From Ylistrum balloti (Eukaryota), in the NCBI RefSeq assembly GCF_031769215.1, contig NW_026782127.1, positions 186,001-250,000 of the forward strand: a DNA stretch of 64,000 bases, written 5' to 3'. The notes below the pieces were generated by a model. The model made no database searches and was not told the origin of the DNA. It saw only the letters and a program-made list of their open reading frames with translations. Position numbers and translations under genes: made by a program. Numbering within the stretch: the stretch's first letter is position 1; each line of letters starts with the position of its first letter. Below, piece by piece: positions 26,755 through 38,300 of this stretch.

Positions 26755-29012
26755 TAATAAGTATCAAACAGTCTGTTTCCTAATTAGTATCAAACAGTCT
26801 GTTTCCTAATTAGTATCAAATAGTCTGTTTCCTAATTATTATCAAACGGTCTGTTTCCTAATTAGTATCAAACGGTCTGTTTCCTAATTAGTATCAAACG
26901 GTCTGTTTCCTAATTAGTATCAAACGGTCTGTTTCCTAATTATTATCAAACGGTCTGTTTCCTAATTAGTATCAAACGGTCTGTTTCCTAATTAGTATCA
27001 AACGGTCTGTTTCCTAATTAGTACCAAACGGTCTGTTTCCTAATTAGTACCAAACGGTCTGTTTCCTAATTAGTACCAAACGGTCTGTTTCCTAATTAGT
27101 ATCAAACGGTCTGTTTCATAATTAGTACCAAACGGCCTGTTTCCTAATTAGTATCAAACGGTCTGTTTCCTAATTAGTATCAAACGGTCTGTTTCCTAAT
27201 TAGTATCAAACGGTCTGTTTCCTAATTAGTATCAAACGGTCTGTTTCCTAATTAGTATCAAACGGTCTGTTTCCTAATTAGTATCAAACAGTCTGTTTCC
27301 TAATTAGTATCAAACGGTCTGTTTCCTAATTAGTATCAAACAGTCTGTTTCCTAATTAGTATCAAACGGTCGGTTTCCCAATTAGTATCAAACAGTCTGT
27401 TTCCTAATTAGTATCAAACGGTCTGTTTCCTAATTATTATCAAACAGTCTGTTTCCTAATTAGTATCAAACAGTCTGTTTCCTAATTATTATCAAACAGT
27501 ATGTTTCCTAATTAGTATCAAACAGTCTGTTTCCTAATTAGTATCAAACAGTCTGTTTCCTAATTAGTATCAAACGGTCTGTTTCCTAATTAGTATCAAA
27601 CGGTCTGTTTCCTAATTAGTATCAAACGGTATGTTTCCTAATTAATATCAAACGGTCTGTTTCCTAATTAGTATCAAACGGTCTGTTTCCTAATTAGTAT
27701 CAAACGGTCTGTTTCCTAATTAGTATCAAACGGTCTGTTTCCTAATTAGTATCAAATAGTCTGTTTCCTAATTAGTACCAAACGGTCTGTTTCCTAATTA
27801 GTATCAAACAGTCTGTTTCCTAATTAGTATCAAACGGTCTGTTTCCTAATTAGTATCAAATAGTCTGTTTCCTAATGAGTATCAAATAGTCTGTTTCCTA
27901 ATTAGTATCATTAGTATCAAACGGTCTGTTTCCTAATTATTATCAAACAGTCTGTTTCCTAATTAGTATCAAACGGTCTGTTGCCTAATTAGTATCAAAC
28001 AGTCTGTTTCCTAATTAGTATCAAACAGTCTGTTTCCTAATTAGTATCAAAGTCTGTTTCCTAATTAGTATCAAACGGTCTGTTTCCTAATTATTATCAA
28101 ATAGTCTGTTTCCTAATTAGTATCAAACAGTCTGTTTCCTAATTAGTATCAAACGGTCTGTTTCCTAATTATTATCAAATAGTCTGTTTCCTAATTAGTA
28201 TCAAACAGTATGTTTCCTAATTAGTATCAAACGGTCTGTTTCCTAATTAGTATCAAATAGTCTGTTGCCTAATTAGTATCAAACAGTCTGTTTCCTAATT
28301 AGTATCAAACAGTCTGTTTCCTAATTAGTATCAAACAGTCTGTTTCCTAATTAGTATCAAACGGTCTGTTTCCTAATTAGTATCAAAGTCTGTTTCCTAA
28401 TTAGTATCAAACAGTCTGTTTCCTAATTAGTATCAAACAGTCTGTTTCCTAATTAGTATCAAACAGTCTGTTTCCTAATTATTATCAAACAGTCTGTTTC
28501 CTAATTAGTATCAAACAGTCTGTTTCCTAATTAGTATCAAATGGTCTGTTTCCTAATTAGTATCAAATAGTCTGTTTCCTAATTAGTATCAAACGGTCTG
28601 TTTCCTAATTAGTACCAAACGGTCTGTTTCCTAATTAGTATCAAATGGTCTGTTTCCTAATTAGTATCAAATAGTCTGTTTCCTAATTAGTATCAAATAG
28701 TCTGTTTCCTAATTAGTATCAAATAGTCTGTTTCCTAATTAGTATCAAATAGTCTGTTTCCTAATGAGTACCAAACAGTCTGTTTCCTAATGAGTACCAA
28801 ACGGTCTGTTTCCTAATTAGTATCAAATAGTCTGTTTCCTAATGAGTACCAAACAGTCTGTTTCCTAATTAGTATCAAATAGTCTGTTTCCTAATGAGTA
28901 CCAAACAGTCTGTTTCCTAATTAGTATCAAATAGTCTGTTTCCTAATTAGTATCAAATAGTCTGTTTCCTAATGAGTACCAAACAGTCTGTTTCCTAATT
29001 AGTATCAAACAG
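26755..29012. repeat. 26-bp minisatellite, about 86 copies
   Basis: Unit tagtatcaaa(c/t)(g/a)gtctgtttcctaat (period 26761 to 26787). Confidence 0.98.
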
Positions 29013-29548
29013 TACACACGAGTATAAATAAAATTGTCCGTGTTTTAATAAGTGATATTCAAAATCGCAGATCTTTCCAGATGGCTTTCATCTACCTATC
29101 AATCTATTCTTATTCTCCATTTCTCACCTGATGGTTTGGTAAATTTCAGTCTCGATTTTGCAAAATCCTCAAATCTTTTAAACGTATAAAGGTTAGTGGG
29201 CTTTTCGTTTTAAACTGATAAAGTTTGTGTAATAATTGCAATATTGATATTGCTTCAGATTTAAAGAACAAGCTTTCCTCGAACTAGATGTTATGTGTAC
29301 TTACATGTACGACACGTGTACCCAGCATAATTAGACATATGGAAATCATTATTTAATTTTTAACACAGAACCTAAATAAATGTTTGTAAAAGATATATAC
29401 CCGTACCGAACAGATAAGTGACTAACATACACATACTCTATGTGTTTTTCTCCTCACTGTGCTGTCAGTTGCGATATCTATTTCAGAACTGCATTATTAA
29501 TTGGAAACAAATCTGTGACAAGCTGTATTATTGTAATCAATAGACTAT

Positions 29549-29560
29549 CGCGCATGCGTG
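29549..29560. promoter_or_regulatory. NRF1-like motif upstream of a probable non-coding first exon (donor at 29621) of the qtc-like gene
   Basis: cgcgcatgcgtg lies about 60 bp before gacag|gtaagt (29620/29621). Confidence 0.4.
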
Positions 29561-30689
29561 CTTAACGGTGTACACGTGTTCAAGGTGTTTTTTCTGTACT
29601 TGGTATAACGGATGTGACAGGTAAGTTAAGATCTTCATTCTTTTATAATTTCAGATTATAATTTCATTTTGTAACAAATGAAACACCAAGAAAACGCTTG
29701 TGAAGAGAAATGAACTGGACATCAATTGTCAATATAAAATGTGAAAGTTTATACACTGCACAGCAATTACCAGCAATGGCTATTACCCAACTTGTTAAAT
29801 AAGATCCCTGCTCGAGATTCTTTAACTTATTGCCAGTTATTTGCATTTTCTAGATGTTGGATTATTAAGACTTTGTAGTCGTGAGCTTCGTCATTTAGTT
29901 CTTCGATCTTTTACGTAAGTTGTATATAAAAAAAAAAGTCAGGTTATGGTGAGTTCCAGACACTTGGCGCCTGCTATCAGCTTCATTTTAGTAAATGAAA
30001 TCTATTTTCATTAAAATGGTTTTATCTTATAAATGATTCGATACTAGTGACGCTATAAACAATTATACAATCACGTTTAATATGATAGAAATATTATCAA
30101 TCATTTAAAGAAGGTAACTTCCTTGAGATACAACATACTATGTAAGGCAGATTTCTGTATACCTATGCATTTATTGACATAAAGGTAACTTTTCGCTTGA
30201 TATGTTTACACTTTTACAAGTGAAATGATTTTACTTAAGTGAATAGCATTGTTCTCGTGTCACTAAGTAACGTGTCATTGCGTTGCTAAGATGATTATTT
30301 TGTTCCTGTGAATCAGCGAAATAAGACTTGCGGTATTGACCACCGTGTTATTGTGTGTAATGATGTAAAAATTTTAGATATCACCAAATATTGATCATCA
30401 TGTAAACTCCAGCTGGTGTATCATACAATAAAATACACGAGTCTTATCGTTGGTTAACAATACCTAAAGCAAAATTGATATAGATCCTCCACTATATTCA
30501 ATCTTTCTCAGTGCTTCAGGTTATTTTTTTATTTTGCATCTACGAAAGTGTCTGTTTGAACTACACATCAAGCATTCCAGAAATATTGTAACACAAATTG
30601 TTTATCTAAAGCAGTTTAACACAGTTCTTTGTAAAATTTATGTTTTTTGTTTCAGAAGACAGAGAAATGAACTGAAGCAACAGGTGAAC

Positions 30690-33600
30690 ATGTCGGATGA
30701 AATACCAAACCACAATGTGGAACAAGAAGCTGAATACACTACAACTCGTTCATCAAATCAGGCCGGAGCCTTAGAACCGGACATGGAAGAAGACAGCTTA
30801 GACGGGGACTCTGATCACTTCAATTTACAGGAGGTCAATGCTGGCAAAAACGATCAAGTTCTTGGCTCATCTGAATACGACAATACATATCAACAGTCTC
30901 CTCGCTCTCATTCTGACTCCATAGATTCCCTTAGCCAATCAAATTCAAGCACAAATGAAAATTCCGAATTAACTGCTCTCTTGCCTTGCGCGGAATATCA
31001 AGAATCAGATGTAGAAAGAGGCAACACAGAGACGAAATCACGACTTCCTTTGAAATGTGCCTTGGGATTAAACCGGAAGTCTTCCCTGCCTAAGCAAAAA
31101 ATACAAAAAGACATCAAAGTGCAAAAGAATTTAACAAAGAGTAAAACGGTTGACTTGGCGAAAGGAGTTTTCTGTCAGGGTGAAAAGAAAAGACTTAACC
31201 GTGGAGAATCCCAGACAGGTTTGAGCGAAAGTCGCGCTGTAAGAGAGACCTTAACGAGTCGCTTGCGATTTGAGAAACGGCACATTCCTCATGACCAAGA
31301 TTGTGAAGGCGAGGACTACATGACGCCTACACAAAGGAAGGACCAGTTGCTGAAGGATCTAAAGATCCAAGTGAAGGATTTAGCGAGTGAGGTAGAAGCA
31401 CGTGATCTCCAGATAGAGAGATTGAAACAGGATATAGATCAGGAGGCACGAGAGATAATCGACAGGAAGAAAGAAGAGGCTAGACTGCTTCAGTCTAACC
31501 TCGACATCTTACAAACTGAACACGATGACCTCAAGATGTCCTATCAAAAATCTCTTTGTAGCATCGTCGATTTGGAAGAATCCATTTCTCAACTAAATGT
31601 GAGTAAAGAAATATTGAAAAGGGTTTACCGACATTGTAAAGATTGTAGAAAAGACATAAAATGGAAAAGATCCTTTAGATATATAGATTTAGATACAGTA
31701 GAGCAAAAACAGTGAATTAAACTGCATCAACCAGCTGTTTCATCCTTTTAGGATTCGTCAATGATAAGGGCCTAGATTCTAAAGCCCAGCAGGCGTCTGA
31801 AGAAAATTCAAAATCTAGATTTTACGGTGCACTAATCTCCCATTATTTAAATATCAATATAACATTATCAGATTAAGCTATATCAATGTCCGTTTGTGTA
31901 GTTATCGTTATAATTTTTTAATGGGCCGAAACGTGTCAACGCAATATGAAGTTAAATTGTCATCATTCAAACCACAATGCTGGTCTTATGTTGTAATGTG
32001 TTCATGCCTTGATTTTTAAAACAAGTGTCTATTATGTTCCAGGAACGTATAGTGATCCAGGAGAAAAGAAACGAGCGAATCTACTTGGAAATGTATAAGA
32101 AGGGGCAAGAATCAGCTCAATTTGAACGAAATGTTGAGGTCTGTATACATAATTAGAGCTATGTGTAAAATATTTTGGGGTAATTACATATTCATTTATT
32201 TACCTATACATTTTCCTCGCACAAATTGTACTCGTGTAACATTTTATGATATTTTTTAATAACTGGTTAAAATTTGCTATTCTAGCAGTTTAGACAATCT
32301 GTGTGCTATACTTGTTCGTATTGATTTGGGAATGTCTGTTAAATAACATCAACATTTTTTTTCGTTTCAACTATTGTAAACTTACTGATTACTTAACACA
32401 GATAATCAATTAATTAATAAAAATCTGCAATCGAACGTAGGCGAATATTGATTGAATTGGCTATTCACGAGATTCTGTTTATTAGGCTATTTTCTAAAAT
32501 AGCCTTGTGAAAATAACTTTGACTTATCAAGCTGACAAAACTTTGATCAACAGGTGACAAGGTAACATGTGTTTGATTTATTGACTGACCAAACAGCACG
32601 CGATGTGCACGCAATGTGCATGCAATGATATCATTACTTCTCAATTTACACCCGACTCAGTAAACGGTCCAAACGTGTTAGAACAAGAAAATACTTTTGC
32701 TGAGATTGTTGTGAGGAAAACATTTTATATGATTATATGACATTTTTGTGCAAAAGCATCAGTGACTAAAGGGTGACATTATTTTGCAATTTTTTGTTTG
32801 TTCGTTTTTTGTTTTTTGTTGTTTTTTTTTAATTTATTTTTTATTTATTCATCTTAACTACAATTGATAACAATTACTATATTTCCTGTTCAAAGGAACA
32901 TAAACATATGGTCCATATGTTTAGGTAGTTTACAATAAATGTGAACCCATGTTTGCCGTTAGAATTTGAATATCTCTTCATACAATATTAAAGAAAACCA
33001 TCTCCGGAAGGTAGAAACATGTATGTGTGTCGGAGTAATGCATTCTGACGAACCAGACAATAGGTGTATACTTTCAAAGTTGACGTGTTTATTTCTAATG
33101 CGCATTTTGTAGGGATATCAATACTCTGTTCTCAATGGCATGAAATACAATATACGTCCGTCCGTCCGTCCGTCCGCCGTCCGCACTCATTCAGGAGTAG
33201 TGGTGAGGAGAAAAAGCAGTTCATCCCGAAAAAAAAATCCATCATTAGACTTTGCATTGTAATTTCACTAAAGTACACAGGAATGCGTTTTGCAAAATCA
33301 TTATGTTATTTCTTTTTGCTCTCTGAGGTTGGAGATATTTAAAGTCATCGATGAAGCGGAAGACGCTTATTCTTTCTGAACACTCGGTCTTATTCTCCTT
33401 GTACTTTTTCAGAAGTCTCCATGTAAATTATTCTTTTGTTTATATTTTTGGTATAGTTTTATTGAATTTGAATTAAGATATAAATATTTCCTTCTGTCGT
33501 AGTTGGAGCTGCTTGCAGTAAATTCTGAAAGTTCAAGTATGACGATGAAAGAACTCATAAGAAAGCTGGTTGTGACAGAATCCGAACTGGCAAAGTGGCA

Positions 33601-33820
33601 ATCTTTTCGTCGGCAGGAGTCATACGAATCAGCAGAGAAACCGGAAACACAGGCGGATGTGACGTTACGATTTCTCAAGGACTCTTTCTTTCATTACCTA
33701 ACAGACATGAAAGACTCAGACCGCCATCTTAGAGCCATGATCAGAATTTTTAATTATACTGATGTTCAGAAAAAGAGAATATCAAAATGCGTCACTGAAA
33801 AACAGAACAAAAGTGCATAA
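30690..33820 (+). CDS. qtc: Quick-to-court-like coiled-coil protein with C-terminal GRIP domain; exons 30690-31598, 32043-32138, 33503-33820; 440 aa
   Basis: Phase-0 GT-AG introns; acceptor tttcag|30656 lies before the ATG. The protein has an acidic low-complexity N-terminus, YMTPTQRKDQLLKDLK plus coiled coil, IYLEMYKKGQESAQFE (recalled Drosophila qtc EMYLKGQEAAKFE), and a GRIP-like TLRFLKDSFFHYLTDMKDSDRHLRAMIRIFNYTDVQK. The start could extend into an upstream exon. Confidence 0.78.
33340..33480 (+). repeat. Interspersed repeat fragment, also at about 52120-52260 (-) and partly 36225-36300 (-)
   Basis: gtcatcgatgaagcggaagacgcttattctttc...ggtcttattctccttgtactttttcagaagtctcc matches the reverse complement of 52190-52260 (gtcgtcaatgaagcagaagacgcttactcttcc...ggtcttattctctctgtactttttctggagtctcc). 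Confidence 0.7.
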
Positions 33821-35111
33821 CCTTAAATCAAATCTGGTCGAATTTTCTACAAATTTCTTTTTCTGTTTTGTTGAATTCGATTTACGAGTGTTTATTTTAA
33901 TCTGTAGCTATACTCGAGAACACATAAATGAGTAATTATTATAGATTGTTGCTGTGTAACTAGCTTTCAAAATTGCTGCATTTCATGGATGTTTAGACAT
34001 CAGACAAAGGGATAGTTGATATAAGAACTATGAATAAACATGAGATATGAGTGTGTTGCCGTGTTGGTATTTTCTTGATGTTTATTATATATTTCATTAA
34101 CCATAACAAAATTGCTATGTGATAATTTGACATGGTATGGAGGAAAATCTAAAACAGTGGACCAGGCTTCGGATTTTATCTTTAGCGTACACATAACAGA
34201 TTCCAAACTTTTACATCCAAGTACATTATTGTTTCATGATATCATATTTTCCCTCAATTTATTTCTTTTCTTTTGTAAGCTTGTATGTTTAGATGACACG
34301 ACCATGTAATCTTTTATACTGTCGGTTTTCCGTGATACTGAGAGATACAACATGATTCAAACTCAGTTATTTTGACTGTTGTATGGTGAAACGCAGGACG
34401 TGACGTTGATTGTTTAACTTTTAAACAATATTTGGCATCGTTTAATTTGTGGTATGTATAACATGGAATGTTTATGTAATGTACACTATTGTAATTTGTA
34501 AATAGTATACATTTAAATCAATGGTAGAGTATGCATTGCTTGTTTCCATATATAGGATAATATAGATTTCATCCACTTGTGACACGCTTCAAAATCCTGT
34601 ATAATCAGTGTTGTACAGCTATTTAACTGTGTATATGATTAATCTACAATCAAATGTTTTCTAAATGTTCACTTTTCTGTATTTAGCGGTATTTACTGAA
34701 CATTGATTAACACCTGTAACAATTGTTATCTTTTGTTTTGAATTGTATGTTCTTTTTAGATATGTTTGTATAAAGTCCTGTTAAAAAGTGTTTGTTATCA
34801 CACATTTTAGATTATTAATATAAGTATTATCTATTTATTTATTCATCAATACCAAATTTATGAATTTTTTTAAAATTGTTATTATTACAGGTAATTCGAG
34901 TTCACCTGTTGTACGTACAGAAATATATATTCTCTTTACAAACATTTGTGTTAAACAAGGTTTATTATCATACATTTTAGATTTCCAGAGTATTATCAAT
35001 TTATTTATTTATCAAAATCAAAATGCTGAAAATGACGTGCATTTACAAACTATAATACCGATGATAAATTGGGCCCCTTTTACAAGACGTATTTCTGTTT
35101 TTTGATATAAA

Positions 35112-35342
35112 CTTTATTCATTTTACAACAATTGCGAAACAAGTAATGTCAACTTATACTAATCATTCTTGTTGGCCCGGATGTAAGCGCGCGAGGGGTC
35201 TTATTGTGGGAGGAAACCGGAGTACCCGGGGAAAACCCACGTGGTCGGGCAGGTGACCCCTTACCTTTTCACGTCCGTTCCGGGAATCGAACCCCGGTCG
35301 GCTAGGTGAAAGGCGAGTGCGTTACCACTGCGCCATCCGACC
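35112..35342 (-). mobile_element. tRNA-Glu-derived SINE with V/Meta-type central domain, apparently full length
   Basis: The minus strand reads ggtcggatggcgcagtggtaacgcactcgcctttcacctagccgaccggggttcgattcccgg (A box, TTC anticodon-like loop, B box), then gtgggttttccccgggtactccggtttcctcccac (V-SINE-type hallmark) and an AATAAA-containing tail. Confidence 0.85.
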
Positions 35343-38300
35343 ATTTTTGTACGAACTTGAATTACCTGTAATATTAACAAACTCTTAAAAAGCCAAAACG
35401 TGAAGAATATGTAGTATATGTATTATCAAAATAAGTCGAATTACTTTTACTAAGTCATAACTGGTTATCTACATCAGTGAATTACGTCATACTTAACTAG
35501 GTTATTTTCCTAAGTACCTAAGTTTTTTCATGGTAATGTACAAACAATACAAGTTTCATGTTTTCGTAATGTCTTCTCTTCCACTTGATCATATTTCATA
35601 CCTGCTTTGCGTTTTCGATTAGCAATTGAAGTGGAAAAAAATGCCAGGTCATTACAGTGTTTTGTGAAATGTCATTTTCTCCTGCAAGCTTGAAAACTGT
35701 CATTCATTCTCATAAGCTATGCTAATTTTACATTTTCGTTACAAATTGATTACAATTTTTCGTACTTTGTTAACGTTTTTTTAGTTGACTGTTGGTCCGT
35801 GTGGTGGTCCTGCTGCTTATAGACATTAAAGTATGGTATTAGACTGTTGTTGTTCTGTAGTACTATGTCGTTGTCTAGCTTATCATACGATTCGTTTGCT
35901 AATGTACCATTATATATGCCTCTAGAAAAAGAAATAGCATTTCCAGGCAGTGTTGTTCATTTACATTTTCTATAACCAATTTCTGCCTGGTCTGAATCAC
36001 ACTCTCAAGTTAAGGTTTCTTTATCTATAAATCCGGTGATGTTCCTCAGTGTCTCTATCAGTCCATGTCAGATTTAGAAGTCATGCAATTTATCACACTT
36101 TATGAAGTGCTGTTCGCGAAAACAAACAAATACGGGGTGTATATGTATTTATGGTGGAAAAATATCGAGAAAATACAAACACGGCAACCGAATGATAACC
36201 CAAACTCGAATTCCATAAACTAGAGGAGCAAAATTTGAACAAAGAAAGATTTACTCCTGGGATAGTACAAGGAGAATAAGACCTGGGACCTTATTCATGA
36301 AACCATTCTCATGCTCAAGCCTAGATTTTGTGCTCAAGCAGGCTTTTTTTTTATAATTCGCATAAATCATATAAAATAATACAAATGTCAAATACAAACA
36401 CTGAATACAACTTTGATTTGAAGTCCTTTCAAAAATTGTTTGAAATCTTTGGCAAAATCAGTTTTATTTATTGATTTTAAACTTAAACAAGACATAAGGC
36501 TTGAGCACAAAATTCATGCTGACGTTTGATGTTTTCTGCGATTAAATATATAATTTTGTACGAGTTTTGTTCTATGATCGGGTTCTCCTCAAGCCCGCTG
36601 TAGACCAATCCAATTACTACGCTTGTGCCTTTAATTTTGATAGTGACATGTTCCAGGGGTGCACTGAGCGAAAGTGATTGCAACCCCTGGAATATCAAGG
36701 ATGCCTAAATCTCGGTGAACTGCACAAATTACGATGGCTTGGCTATTATAACAAAATGATATATTTAAAATCCAAAGGTATCATTTTGAGACTCTATACC
36801 ATGGTCAGTACTTCTGTAATGCCTGAAACAGACATTGACCAATTCCTCACACAAATGATTGGTAAAATAAAATCTCTTTATCCTTTATACATAACCCTTG
36901 AATCGAGGGTACCATCAGCGTTTCCCTTTCCAACAGATGATGATGTTGCAGTTTAAACCATCATTTGGGATCAATTGTATCAAATAAAATATGTTTATTA
37001 AATGATGCTAGTAATTTGTACAATCTCCTGTTAGAGTTTAGAATTGTACAACCTTAAGATGGCTTCTATAATATCAGTGTTTCAATCTTTAATGCTTAGG
37101 ATGAAATTAATATCGCCATTTGTCATAAAACATAAGAACACAAAGCAGTGATTTCATAACTTTTTTTATCAGCTAACATTACAATATAGCAATGCAATAT
37201 ACCAACAGCAAATATAATCAAACAACGAAAAACACGTGCTTACTTTAATTAGAACCAATAGACAATGACCATGCACAGTTGACAGAATACTGTATCAACT
37301 TTTGTAGTAACTGTCTCATTAAGTCAAAAACCCACGTTATAAAATGTTTTCGGATGAATACTTGCTTCAATAACGAGTCAGTGAGGCACGTGATGACAGG
37401 TGCGTCATTGAGCGCTAATTATGGTTATACTAATATCATATACATTTACAGTATGTAATGAACTTACACAATATACCTTACAGGAGAGGTGACAATCTTT
37501 TCTAGTATGGAATGAAACATTTCTGTAAAAGTAACTGCAAGTATATAACTAATAGATTTGACAAAACCTGTAACAATATGCATGTCGATAGAGTAGATAT
37601 GAGAAAATGTCGATTTAGTCGATACGAGAAAATATCGATGCTGGAGATAATACAATTGTGTGCCCTTATCGAGGTTTGTAAAAATACCCCTCAATATTTC
37701 ACGTTTAATTCATACATCCTGTCCGTATCTCCATCCTATTCTTGTCGTATGAAATTAACTTTTAAGTGTTTCTGTTGTTACAATTTTGGCCACGCCCATA
37801 AACACCAACAGAAGCATTTCCCTTACGGACGATAGATGATGGAGTTTTCATTATTCATGTTCCAGGTAGTTAGAAATATATCATAATCCTAACATTTGCT
37901 GGTCAAAGTGACTGATTTAATCATTCCATCGAAAGATATTTTTATCAGTACGTAAGTCTGTCACAACGTAACTCCCTTTTAGACGTAAAAGATTTCTAGT
38001 TCTTCCTGTCACAACGTAACTCCCTTTTAGCTGTAAAAAGTCTATTTATTTCTAACCGTAGAAACGATTATTTACTGATATTAAAATATAATATTAATAT
38101 CAAAAAGGTACCAAACGTGTTACCACGGAGAGCGGACACAACTTTAGATACAACATCGTCTTCGTGGTGTTGAATACATAACGACACGTGTTCTCCCTAA
38201 TATCCACCCTTACGTACAGGGTGAGGACATTGTAGAGGGTTGATATTTCCGGTATTACTACACAGACGATTATCGTTAAGATCAATCACTCATCACACTA

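Noticed and set aside
30534-31715. Full 393-aa ORF as listed
   Set aside because: It starts at a TTG within intronic sequence and reads past the donor at 31599; the spliced model is preferred.
35270-35342. tRNA-Glu gene
   Set aside because: The tRNA-like part continues directly into a SINE body and the acceptor stem is not complementary; it is a SINE head.
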